Shown in pieces: positions 52,760 to 64,000 of a stretch of DNA of 64,000 nucleotides. This stretch comes from Phyllobates terribilis. Its lineage: Eukaryota. How positions within the stretch are numbered: position 1 is the first letter of the stretch; each line of letters begins with the position of its first letter. The stretch lies in the NCBI RefSeq assembly GCF_046119375.1, contig NW_027362763.1:767250001-767314000 (forward strand), read 5' to 3'. The notes beneath the pieces were generated by a model. That model had not been told where the DNA came from and did not search any database. It saw nothing but the letters and a program-made list of their open reading frames with translations. The translations under genes and the position numbers were made by a program.

Positions 52760-54458
52760 CCATATAACGCTCCATACAGGATACTGGCCCCCCACATAAT
52801 GCCTCATGCAGGCTGTTCCCCCCCACATAATGCCCCATGCAGGATGTTACATCCCCTTACATATAATGCCCCATGCAGGATGTTACACCCCCCTCCCTTA
52901 TAATGGCCCATGCAGGATGTTACACCCCCTCCCTTATAATGGCCCATGCAGGATGTTACACCCCCTCCCTTATAATGCCCCATACAGGATGTAACACAAC
53001 CCCCTCCATTATAATGCCCCATGCAGGATGACACACACACACACCCCCCTCCATTATAATGCCCCATGCAGGATGTCACACCCCCCCCCTCCATTATAAT
53101 GCCCCATGCCGGATGTCACCCCCCCTTCTAATGCCCCATGCAGGATGTCACACACCCCCCTCCCTTATAATGCCCCATGCAGGATGTCACACACCCCCCT
53201 CCCTTATAATGCCCCATGCAGGATGTCACACACCCCCTCCCTTATAATGCCCCATGCAGGATGTCACACACCCCCTCCCTTATAATGCCCCATGCAGGAT
53301 GTCACACCCCCCCCTCCCTTATAATGCCCCATGCAGGATGTCACACCCCCCCCTCCCTTATAATGCCCCATGCAGGATGTCACACCCCCCCCCCCTTATA
53401 ATGCCCCATGCAGGATGTCACACCCCCCCCTCACTTATAATGCCCCATGCTGGATGTCACACACCCCCTCCCTTATAGTGCCCCATGCAGGATGTTACAC
53501 CCCCTCCCTTATAATGCCCCATACAGGATGTCACACCCCCTACCCCCTTATAATGCCCCATGCAGGATGTCACACACCCCCTCCCTTATAGTGCCCCATG
53601 CAGGATGTTACACCCCCTCCCTTATAATGCCCCATACAGGATGTCACACCCCCTACCCCCTTATAATGCCCCATGCAGGATGTCACACACCCCACTCCAT
53701 TATAATGCTCCATGCAGGATGTCACACAACCCCCTCCATTATAATGCCCCATGCAGGATGACACACACACACACCCCCCTCCATTATAATGCCCCATGCA
53801 GGATGTCACACCCCCCCCCTCCATTATAATGCCCCATGCCGGATGTCACCCCCCCTTCTAATGCCCCATGCAGGATGTCACACACCCCCCTCCCTTATAA
53901 TGCCCCATGCAGGATGTCACACACCCCCCTCCCTTATAATGCCCCATGCAGGATGTCACACCCCCCCTCCCTTATAATGCCCCATGCAGGATGTCACACC
54001 CCCCCTCCCTTATAATGCCCCATGCAGGATGTCACACCCCCCCTCCCTTATAATGCCCCATGCAGGATGTCACACCCCCCCTCCCTTATAATGCCCCATG
54101 CAGGATGTCACACACCCCCTCACTTATAATGCCCCATGCAGGATGTCACACACCCCCTCACTTATAATGCCCCATGCTGAATGTCACACACCCCCTCCTT
54201 TATAATGACCCATGCAGGATGTCACACCACCCCCTCCCTTATAATGCCCCATGCAGGATGTCACCCCCCCTCCCTTATAATGCCCCATGCAGGATGTCAC
54301 ACACCCCCCTCCCTTATAATGCCCCATGCAGGATGTCACACCCCCCCCCCTTATAATGCCCCATGCAGGATGTCACACCCCCCCCCTCACTTATAATGCC
54401 CCATGCTGGATGTCACACACCCCCTCCCTTATAGTGCCCCATGCAGGATGTCACACAC
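52760..54458. repeat. About 39-bp C-run minisatellite in MKKS intron 1
   Basis: Unit CCCCCTCCCTTATAATGCCCCATGCAGGATGTCACACA. Preceded by a hAT-like end CAGGGCCGGCTCC at 52541. Internal 730-bp duplication (53041/53771). Confidence 0.93.
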
Positions 54459-55128
54459 CTGTTATTGCAGCTGGGGGACAGGTTTTCCAAAAATGGAAAA
54501 CCCATATAAGGAACGTAGACTCTAAATTCTTTTATATATTTCAAATAACAACCAGAGCAGGTACCTTCCTGCCGCTGCTTGGGTCTCAATGCTTTGGCTG
54601 CAATGGTGACATCATGTTGACAGTGCACGTTACTGCTACTGCCAATCACTGAGCTTAGTAGCTAACACAAGTAATAGCAGCTCAATCTCCACGAGGGAAG
54701 AGAAAACAGGCTATTATGTGCTGAATAGAAGTTGTACTGATAAGAGCAATGAATACAGCTGCATCCTAGATGCACACATACCTTACGTTCAGCCTGTATA
54801 ACTGGGAGGGTCAATCCCAGAAGACACAGTTCTGCATCTTAGATCAGGCCGCAATCAGCATTTCAGGAGTTTTGAAAGTGAATAATGGAATGAAGATTGC
54901 TGACTGAAACTTTGTACAATATGTAACTAACATATCAAAAGCATGTTTTTCATGTCTGAGGTTTCCATAGCCTTTTAGCGGACTGCATTTGACATATCTG
55001 TGTGTATTCTTGGTCCCGCTCGTACTCGAACATGCGTCTTTCTCCAGGCCCTGCTGTGTTATTTCCGATTTGTAGCATTATTTTTCTTATATATATATAT
55101 TTTGTTTTTGTGTAGATTGATCCAAGTG

Positions 55129-55314
55129 ATGGGACTAAAATCAATATGGAAGAGCTACAAAGTTTTGATTGTTATGGGAACAAGTCTTGGAGTAATACAC
55201 TGGGGCTGGATTAACATGCAGTCAAACCCAATATTTCATCCTGAGGGTCAAGGTCGATTACCATCCATTTTTCGGTTTCTTTCAAGTAAAGAAACGGATC
55301 CAAAAGACAAATAA
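55129..55314 (+). CDS. uMKKS1-like upstream microprotein, 61 aa, single predicted TM helix
   Basis: MGLKSIWKSYKVLIVMGTSLGVIHWGWINMQSNPIFHPEG... resembles recalled human uMKKS1 (MSLRNLWRDYKVLVVMVPLVGLIHLGWYRIKSSPVF). It lies in exon 55116-55336 (TGTAG| and |GTAGGT) with strong Kozak GTGATGG. Confidence 0.85.
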   Translation: MGLKSIWKSYKVLIVMGTSLGVIHWGWINMQSNPIFHPEGQGRLPSIFRFLSSKETDPKDK

Positions 55315-55451
55315 TGGTGTGATTGTGGTCCTTTAGGTAGGTGTCTATTCCATCCATCTGTATTCCCAGCTATACCATGCTACAGACCTCCAAAACTAAA
55401 CCTCAGGACTTTCATTTGCACATCTTCTATGTTTAAAATTAACAAATCTGT

Positions 55452-55457
55452 AATAAA
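55452..55457 (+). terminator. Candidate intronic poly(A) signal after the uMKKS1 exon
   Basis: AATAAA about 115 nt past the exon 2 donor. Confidence 0.3.
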
Positions 55458-57773
55458 GTCGCATGTGCATAGCCATATTACAGTCCAGTATGGACAGTCT
55501 TGGAAAAGGCACCCATAGATATATTTGGGGTCTCACTGTACATGCACAAACATGTGAAGTTTTTTATTCTGTCAATTACATATGTTCAAATGGTGACATC
55601 AGTCTTATGTAAGATACTATTCTCATATTTAAGCATTAGTACTAGGGGAAAATAGCTCCAAACATACGGCAGCACATGGGGAAGCTTCCTCCATACAACT
55701 CTTCCTTGTGCATGAGGCATCAAGTCCATCTGTTAAATTATAAAAAAAAAATGTTTAGTATGATTTGTTTATTGAAATCCTATTGACAACTTATCTGGCT
55801 GCCAGATCAACTTAAGGGTTGTTCCCTCACTTTCACTTACTCCTTAAATATGTTCTCCAGTAATGTAATAAAACTGTCCCTGTCACTTAACTCGAACGGC
55901 GTCACGTGTCAGGACAGGCTGCAGTCTGAAGAAACACAGCTCCCGAGATCTGTGTCTCAACTGACAGAGGAGCTGTATTGTAAACGCATGTTCCTCCGTG
56001 AGCCCAGGAGAAGAAATGAATCTATTCCTCGGCCAACTGCGCATGGAGGACTGAGGCTGGAAAAAAATTACTTTTGTGATCAGTTAGCCGAAGAGAAGAA
56101 TTACTTCTTCTCCTGTCACAGACCTTCTCGAGTAGCTCCAGTATGTGAGCTTATGATACGGCTCCTCTGTCAGTTGAGGCACAGGTCTCAAGAACTGTTT
56201 TTCTTCAGACTACAACCTGTTCTGACATGACTACGATGGGCTGCCGTATGAATTACATGATGGGGATAATGTTGTTCAATTCTTGGAGAAGCCATCCAAA
56301 GGGGTATGTTGGCCATCTTTTTTTTTTGTGTAAATGCAAATGCATGATCTGTGGGAAAATAAGAAAATCAGTCTTAAATAACCCATGATGCTCTAGTGCT
56401 ACTCCCTGTCCTTGTTGATGTGCACACTGCATCATGTAAACTACAAGTGTACTGAGCCCAGGCATTGGCTGCAGTGTTCACATGCCATAGACATAACCTC
56501 TCGGCTGCAGCGATGACAGTGGGCAGCAGTGGAGAGGCAGGGCTGGAGCAGCACGGCGTAATTAAGGCTGATTATTGAATTTTACACACAACAAAATCCT
56601 TAAACCCCTTTAAGATTTTTCAGAGGGTTTCTCTTAACTGGATATATTTCTTATTAGGCCTTATAGACATCATTGGAGCCCCCTGTATTCACCATAGTGC
56701 ATGTTATGTTAGGATGGGAACATTCTGTGCTTATGGCTATCGGTGGACGCGTATAGTCAGAGGTTATGTGCCCAACAATGGCCAAAGTCAGGATGAATGA
56801 CTGATCTATCTATGTATAATACATACATAATATTTTAAGCCTTTTTTGGGTGCTTTGCTGTAAAGGAATATATAGTCCAGCAAAAGGCACATGCCTGCCA
56901 AACGGAGCCCAAAAGTACGGTTGGCTTCCTCCTAGTGAATGGGAATGCTCCTGATATATCCGAGACAAAGCGCAATTACCCTTAGGGTGGAGTCAGACAG
57001 GACAGCCATATAAATCAGACCGCTGTCGCCGCTCTCCCGACCCGAGCATGACATCTTCATAGAAATCTATGCAGCGGTCATGCTCGGGTCTGGAGACCTG
57101 CCGCCCAGTCCATGCACTGCGGTTTGATCTTGGTCATACTTATACGGCCGTCTGACTGCGCCCCTACTCTGCGTTTCCTATCTAGTGGCTATAATGTATA
57201 GCTGCCTATATCTTATCCTAGTCATACCAGCCGATGGCTCGGGGGTTTTGCAGCTTTTCTGCAGAGTGCCCCATAGTACAGAAGGGGTTGTCCAGCTCTC
57301 AGCCTTATAATTGTTGGTTCACGAGTACTTCACTAATTTTGTAAAAGACCCCAGTAGTTCCTGACATGTACATCTATAAAATGTATGGCATATCATTGAA
57401 TATTCCATCACTTTGATTGTTATGGATACAACCTCTGGGACTTGCACTGATCCCGAAAATGAATCTGTCACTGTGTTATTTCAGTGCTGCAGCCCCCTTA
57501 ACAGTTTCCTCTGCCATTCTAGTGAATAGTCAGAAAATCAGAGTGAAGAGTCAGCGTTGCAGCTTTTTATACTTTTAGAATCATTGGGGTCCCAGAGATC
57601 AGATCCCCATCATGGTTTATCCTAATTATCATTTTACAGATTGCTTTAAACAAAATTCACAATAGTTTTTGTATTGGAGAATGAATGTTGAATTAAACGT
57701 AATTGTGATTTTTTTTTTTTTTCTTTTAGATTTTTTTTAAATCTGCTCTTCTTGACCTGGAAGCAAAGGTGAA

Positions 57774-57926
57774 ATGAAGCAGAAATCATTTTTGCGGAAG
57801 AATTGGTTCTGGGTCGCGGGGATATCTTTTCTAGGCATTCACTTTGGGACGTATTTTATTCAAAGAGTTGCAAAGAGTTCTGCTAGAGAAACTGTGGCCA
57901 TCAGAGATACTAAAAGCAGCGACTGA
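57774..57926 (+). CDS. uMKKS2-like upstream microprotein, 50 aa, single predicted TM helix (too short for the ORF track)
   Basis: Hand translation MKQKSFLRKNWFWVAGISFLGIHFGTYFIQRVAKSSARETVAIRDTKSSD resembles recalled human uMKKS2 (MKNTSWIRKNWLLVAGISFIGVHLGTYFLQRSAK...). Acceptor (T)nAG at 57728-57729. Confidence 0.87.
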   Translation: MKQKSFLRKNWFWVAGISFLGIHFGTYFIQRVAKSSARETVAIRDTKSSD

Positions 57927-58050
57927 ACAGACTGCCTCTTATACAGCCGTGCCACTGGATAAGTCACAATTCCCCAATGTTCATGCTCTCAGTACTTGCC
58001 AGCGTACATCTGTAATGTCACACATTTCCCCCCCATGTTGGTGTAAGATT

Positions 58051-58056
58051 AATAAA
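58051..58056 (+). terminator. Poly(A) signal between uMKKS2 and the MKKS start codon
   Basis: AATAAA followed by T-rich sequence. Short uORF-only MKKS transcripts are, as I recall, reported in mammals. Confidence 0.55.
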
Positions 58057-58116
58057 TTATATGATTTTTAAATCCTAAACTGATTTAGTTTTCTTGAGGA
58101 ATAGGAATTTGACATA

Positions 58117-59107
58117 ATGGAAAGAGTTGAACAGAAAAAGCAGTCGTTGTGTAGTGCCGGCCCCGTAACCAGTGCATCGCTCAGGCAGGCACTGAGTGTG
58201 ATACAGATGATGGTGACCTCATGCTATGGCCCGTATGGACGACTGAAGCAAATTCATAATGATAGTGGGGGGTATGTTACCACGACATCACAATCCTCTG
58301 CCTTGCTCGGTGGGATTTCGGTCACTCATCCTGCACTACAGTTACTAGTCGCCTCCATCCGTAATCATATCGCTGCCTTCAGTGATTGTGGACTCTTTGC
58401 AGCAATTCTTTGCTGCAACTTGATTGACAGGTGCCTGAGATTACCGGTCTCTACCCACAAGGTGATTAAATTACACGAGAGTCTTATGGACATGTGTTTT
58501 ACTTACCTGAAGTCAGAGGACTGTGCTTGCAGAGTCAATGTGGATTTTAGCCACAGCAAATCGCTGCTTGCCCTAACCCGTTCCGTTCTTTGTAGCAAGC
58601 CAGCCTGCATGATGACCATAAAAGAAGTAGATTATGTCAGTCTACTGATTGTAAAAGCTTTTCTCTACAAAGTGCCCAATGTGACCAGTCCCAATCACCT
58701 GTTAGGAAGAACCCTGATCGTGGCTGTAGAAGGAGCAAGCGTTATGGACTCTGCCTTCGTCCCTGGCGTGCTCATTGAAGCGCCAGCCCGCAGTTGGAGC
58801 AGAACGAGACCTTCTTCCAGACCGCCCCCAACCACCATTAAGTTGGCCTTGTTTTCGGGGTCGTTATGTGGAGAATTCAGTGATACAGGAGATGGCACAG
58901 TGGAAGTTATGGCTGGTGTAGATCCAGAAAAAGTAATGTTGGACCAGTTGATTGATTTAGGGAGACAGCTAGTGAATGATCATGTGCAAATACTTTTGTG
59001 TCAAAAAGTGATCCACCCGTCACTGAAGCAGTATTTGAAGGAGCACGATGTCTTTTCCTTGGACAGATTAGGAGCAGCCTTGATGAAACCATTAAGTGAA
59101 ATGACAG
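58117..59107 (+). CDS. MKKS: MKKS/BBS6 chaperonin-like protein, coding exon 1
   Basis: VTSCYGPYGRLKQIH...TTTSQSSALL...FSDCGLFAAILCC matches MKKS. Donor CAG|GTAATA, phase 1. Confidence 0.97.
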
Positions 59108-59644
59108 GTAATAACATAGTGATGTACTTATACAGTATAAAATGAGCTCCTTGTACTACTAGCTATGAAGGATTTCTGACCATGCCAGACTTTATTGTTT
59201 TTGAGAGGTCAATGATTGCACTAATTATTCAATTTTTCAAAACTGGATATACACTTACAAAAATAGAGGGTTTTTTTTGGGGGGGGAGGGATTGCATTAA
59301 ATTAGTTGTGCAAGATTGGAAAAACTTGGCTAAAAGCAGTGGCACTTATAGCCACAGATCTGTGTCTGACTTCATGGGCAATTGCTCCACACAGCCAGGC
59401 AAACCTGCAGGTCAACTACTTTTTCTGGAAGAAAACTGCTGTTTAAGGCTTCGTTCACACATTGATTTTTTTATTATTCTTTTCTCCTTTTAATGTTTGG
59501 CTTAAAAATAGCCATGTATTTTTAGTTGTTTTTGCATTTTTCATTATGGCCATCTTTCAAGTCCAGTAGCAAACCCTTTAATAAAAATGCTTGCAGAAAT
59601 GCCATATAAACAGTGGAGGGAGGAGAATTTGTTATTTATGTTTT

Positions 59645-60120
59645 TAAAGGAAACCTGTCGGGAGATCCGGCTGGGCTGCTCAAGCTGCAGGAAACCTAAA
59701 TCCGACACTGACTTGTAAAAGCGGATGGGGACAACGTGTCTAGGCTGACTAGTCCTAGATGCAGTTCCCAGTCGACTCCTTGCCAACCCGCTTCCCTTGA
59801 TTGACTGGTCTTTCACTTCACACCCAAGGAGAGGCTGGCCATTGGAGGAGAATGGGGTTGGGAGAAGCCACCAGGGTCCTGCCTCTTTGGCTCCAATGGT
59901 GTATAGGAAAAAGACCGATCAAACGGTCGAAACATCGATTTATGGATTCTGTTTTGTCCTGCCTTGCCGTATAAGGGTTTATTATCATTTAATAAAACAT
60001 CTATAATCACATCTATTGGAGTGCCGAAGTTCTATTTATACCTTACATGCAATAATGTAGCCAGTGCCTGATTCTTCTGTCTGTCGTTCGGGCAGAATGA
60101 ATCTGCTGTCAGATTCACCT
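59645..60120. mobile_element. MITE in MKKS intron
   Basis: AAAGGAAACCTGTC...GTCAGATTCACCTGTTTAA termini, related to the other TTAA-type MITEs. Confidence 0.45.
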
Positions 60121-60769
60121 GTTTAATCCCTTGTATACCTCTGTATTGTCGTAGCAATAATAGAGGTACTAACGTAGAAAACAGTCCTAACTACCACAAC
60201 AACCCCTAAGCACCCTGCAGTCATGGAAGGAAGGGGGTGAGAGCGCGATGGTGTGACACAGAGCCTTTCTTTTTGTCTAACTGTTTAGATGCTGTGGTCT
60301 TAATTGACCACGCCATCTATGGGGTTAAAACCTTACAGACTGGTGTTGACTTTATACCAAATCCAGCAGCCCCACATATGGACCATGCTAATGTGATTAG
60401 TTAACATAGGATTGCCTAGACAGCATGCAAATATATCCTTCTTCCAGTTGCTCTAATAATTCGGTCTAGTTTTCATTCTTTTAATTGAAAGGTAGTGGCT
60501 CTCCTTGCAGAAGTTCAACTTATATTTGGAGTTTTGCAGGCAATGCTTAATCTGGGGAAAAAAATATGCACATTAGCTCTCCTGCAGAGAGCAACCTCCC
60601 CAGTACCACCTACGGATAGCTACCCTTTATGACAATAAAACTTAACTAGGGGTATCTCTGGAGTGGAGCTAAATCATTTACAGTCCTCTAAATGAATACT
60701 TTACATGGCACAATGTTGTGTACAATTCTGTGCTTTAGACCATTGCCTTTTTTTCTCCTTTTCTCACAG

Positions 60770-60945
60770 GTGCACAGCCTGTCGCTTCTCTCTGCCCGGT
60801 GTCCTCTGCTTGTTATGGCCACCTCCAGCAGATCAGTGAAGTGTCCTATGGGAATAAGCAGTACCTGCATCTTCTCCCTGATTCCACTGCTGTGTGCAGT
60901 ATTGTGCTCTGCAACCGGAATGAGACCTCCCTAAAAGAGCTCACG
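60770..60945 (+). CDS. MKKS: MKKS coding exon 2 (176 nt)
   Basis: Acceptor CACAG| and donor ACG|GTAAAT. Encodes GAQPVASL...VCSIVLCNRNETSLKELT and keeps frame. Confidence 0.95.
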
Positions 60946-61635
60946 GTAAATTAGTTACAAAGGGAACTACATGAGAACATATTAATCTGATCAGTGTTGT
61001 ACATATAAGGAAGAGTAATCGGGTCGCCCCCTTTACACATCAGGCCATTGTACCTGGGCAGATAACAAAGGGGCCACTTCACTCCAAAAAGATTCTTGAT
61101 CAGTGGACTCCTCCATTACCCCTAAAATGTCCTAAGATCGTGTAATTTCTTACCCTTTAAGCTGGGGATTCGTACTGGAATTTTTCTGCTTTTAGATGGG
61201 GTGTCGAGGGAATAAAAATTCTTTGTAAAGGGCTCAGAGTGATGTTAAAAAACAAACAAACAGTAAGTAATACCCTAACCTATTCTCTGTAACTCTTGTT
61301 CTGATCGTTTACCCAGTCATGCCAGTCCTTACTACCTGGTCCTGTATCAGCACAACAGAAATGCCTACTGTGAGCCAATCATCACAGTGGAGATCCTCCT
61401 CACCCCTGTGATTGGCTGATCGGCATTTCTGGAGTGTTGAGATTGGACCAGGAATAGAGACGAGAGGGTCCGGGTAAATTGCAGGTGATCAGCAAGGTTA
61501 TTGCACCTCTTATTTTTTTTCTTTATCTCTCATTTTTATCATCAGGACGACCCTATTAATTGACGTGCTGTTTGCCTTTTGTAGTGAGGAACAGTTTCTC
61601 AGTTTCATCATTTTTCGCTCATCTTCCCTTTCCAG

Positions 61636-61746
61636 CGAACGTGTCAGACAGCTGAGCACACTTTAAATCTTCTTCTTAAGGATCCCTGGCTCCTGCTCGG
61701 TGGGGGATGCACTGAAGCGCACGTGGCTGCTTATATCCGTTATAAG
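61636..61746 (+). CDS. MKKS: MKKS coding exon 3 (111 nt)
   Basis: Acceptor TCCAG| and donor AAG|GTACAT. Encodes [37 protein letters not shown]. Confidence 0.95.
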
Positions 61747-62465
61747 GTACATGGTCATAAACAGAAGAAAAACAGCTTATTATAATTTGGCATATTATTG
61801 TAATACGGAGTTGTAATTTAGTAGTTAAAGGGATTGTTTAGCTTTAGTCTAAATCTCTTTCATGTACCCTATTAGGGAATAATGGGTAAACAAAAAGAAG
61901 TCCTCTGTTCAGGATCCTGATCTCTTAGGTGGGAGAGTGGCTACAAACAGCGTCTATCGGGCTGAGGTCACATATATCCGTTGAGTTCAGTTATTATGTG
62001 CCAGAGCTGGCACCACTGAGGACATTTTGGTGCACACAACTGATGCCCCCCAGCTGCAAAACTGATTCTATAGGAAATTTCAGATTGCGGCTTTTTTTTT
62101 TTTTTTTTTTTTATTAAACTGGAGGAAATTATGACAGGAGTGCAGGACTTGTATAAAGGAGGTCTCACTATGGAGAATCTGTCCTTTCTTGTATTACTGT
62201 GTGATACTTAAATGGGTTTTTTCGGTCTTCTGATGCTGTCAGGAGTCTCTGGTATTGCTGGCGAGAGCGAGCTATCTGATTTGCATACCAACTAGAAGTG
62301 CCCAGCCTTACGTACTTCACTTGTAATGAGCGAGACAAAGCACGTCTAGTTGGAAGGTGCCTGCAAATTACTTGAAGTCACGTGGCCACCCACTCTCACC
62401 GGCAATATTGACAACCACGCTATAATTGATTCAGACTTTTATCAGAAGACCTAACAACCCCTTTA

Positions 62466-63203
62466 AAAAGGAATCTGTCGTCCCAAAATGCAAATTAAAC
62501 CGTTATATAGGGAACTAAGCCTAGATAAAAAACACTCATATTAAAAGTATATATATCATTGCTCTAATTACTTTAAAAACTTGTTTTATTCCATATACAA
62601 ATGAGGGGACTTCGGTGCACCCTTGGCGTGGCCAACAGCTCAATGGACCGTTCGGCTTCCCTCAATTTGCCTGCTGAGCAGTTCCCTTGACTCTGACCTC
62701 TGCCTGATCCCTAACCGCGACCCTGACAGCAGCCACACCTTCAGTATACTCATACACCCAGAAGGGTAACAAGCGGCCTCAGATAGGACGGAGAGGATCT
62801 GTTATGTGTTCCTCCTATGTTCAGTGCATCACAGAATAGGTCAGTGTCAGCGCTGAGATTAACCTATTCTGTGATGCACTAACATAAGAGCTGTATGTGA
62901 CTGATCCTCTCCGCCCTTTCTTCATCTCTAAAGCCGCTTGTTACATTTATAGGCAATGAAGAAGCGTGCGCTGTCAGAGGTAGGGGAACTGCTCAGTATG
63001 GCAATTGAGGGGGTCATAATGGTGCACCAAGCTCTTGGCCACACCAAAGGTGCACCGAAGCCCCCTCATTTGTATACGGAATAAATTGAATTTTATAAGC
63101 AATTACAGCAATGAAATATGTACTGCTTATATTATTTTTATAGGGACTAAATCCCCTATATAACTGTTTAATTTGCATTTCAGAGGTGTTAGACTCCCTT
63201 TAT
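62466..63203. mobile_element. Palindromic MITE in the last MKKS intron
   Basis: AAGGAATCTGTC...AGACTCCCTT termini and mirrored inner blocks around a central hairpin at about 62810-62890. Confidence 0.6.
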
Positions 63204-63359
63204 TTTCCCCTGTGGTGGCGCTGCAGGGGAAATGATCCCTTACTGCCAGGTTTCTGCACAGATCACAGTTGATTGCTGGGGGTCCTATCTTTTGGGATTC
63301 TCCCAGACCTGGTTATTATCATGTATTTGAGGTAAATGTAGTATGTGTTATATTTTCAG

Positions 63360-63800
63360 ATTTCCCGTATTCCCAGCAGGCATCTTGAAGAGCTGAGGTG
63401 TACAGCGTCTGAGTACAAGCTGGCGGCTGACTGCTTCTGCTCCGCATTCGAGGCCGCTGCTCGAAGTCTGGAGCATGATGGCGGAGACATCATTACAGAT
63501 TTACAGGACGGACACGTCTGGTCTATACCTCCTGAGGCCAGTAATGGTGAATACGCAGAAGCTGTGCATATGTGTGGCTGTCGGCTTCTCCACAAGAGAG
63601 AGGATCTACAGTGGTCTGTGCTTGGAAGCCCATGTCTGCCATTCAGCCCCCGAACTCGCACAGAAGTCTCCCCAGTCTTACTAGCCAAAGACACTCTGAT
63701 TTTAGATAGCTTCACTGCAAAGTGTAATGGTATAAGGGTGGCTGTGGACACGACGGGGCTCATCTTGGATCTGGCATACGTTGTTAGAGATACAAATTAA
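63360..63800 (+). CDS. MKKS: MKKS last coding exon; total CDS 1719 nt, 572 aa
   Basis: Acceptor TTTTCAG|. Encodes FCSAFEAAARSLEHDGGDIITD...CGC...LDSFTAKCNG...LILDLAYVVRDTN*. ATTAAA at 63809-63814. Confidence 0.96.
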   Translation: MSRIPSRHLEELRCTASEYKLAADCFCSAFEAAARSLEHDGGDIITDLQDGHVWSIPPEASNGEYAEAVHMCGCRLLHKREDLQWSVLGSPCLPFSPRTRTEVSPVLLAKDTLILDSFTAKCNGIRVAVDTTGLILDLAYVVRDTN

Positions 63801-64000
63801 TATAAAAAATTAAAACTTTTTTCATCCTGTAAGAATTATTACTTTTCTGAGTACAAATCCATGATTGAAACAATGAATCCACATGTATCTGGTCAAAAAG
63901 ATCTACAGCTCCTTAACCCCTTCATGACCGGAGCTTTTTGCTTTTTCGTTTTTTGCTCCCCTTTTCCCAGAGCCATAACTTTTTTATTTTTCGGTCAATA

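Noticed and set aside
52804-54652. MPHAGCHTPP-type ORFs
   Set aside because: They are products of the 39-bp tandem array.
59108-59145. C-terminal tail of the 342-aa ORF at 58117
   Set aside because: This is read-through into the intron. The donor at 59108 and the in-frame next exon define the true boundary.

Overview
This is a repeat-rich vertebrate genomic window, most likely from a frog (inferred from the Tc1, T2-type MITE, hAT and L2 repeat content plus the MKKS sequence). The only recognisable host gene is MKKS/BBS6 on the + strand: four coding exons at 58117-63800 giving 572 aa. Its 5' leader carries two small hydrophobic ORFs, 61 aa at 55129-55314 and 50 aa at 57774-57926. These match the mammalian MKKS upstream microproteins uMKKS1 and uMKKS2 as I recall them, they share a spaced motif with each other, and poly(A) signals and splice sites around them could separate them from the main ORF. 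A CpG-containing, probably bidirectional promoter at about 51.5-51.9 kb sits between two tandem arrays. The upstream 51 kb is mostly mobile DNA. It holds three long-TIR Tc1 elements (two with nested insertions), hAT and T2-type MITEs, and a minimal hammerhead ribozyme in a Penelope-like insertion. It also holds a full-length but decayed chromodomain Gypsy element inserted into a 31-bp satellite, with a self-priming signature and a GGGAAAC -1 frameshift site. There are no rRNA or tRNA genes or CRISPR arrays that I can support. All comparisons with known proteins are from memory, not from database searches.
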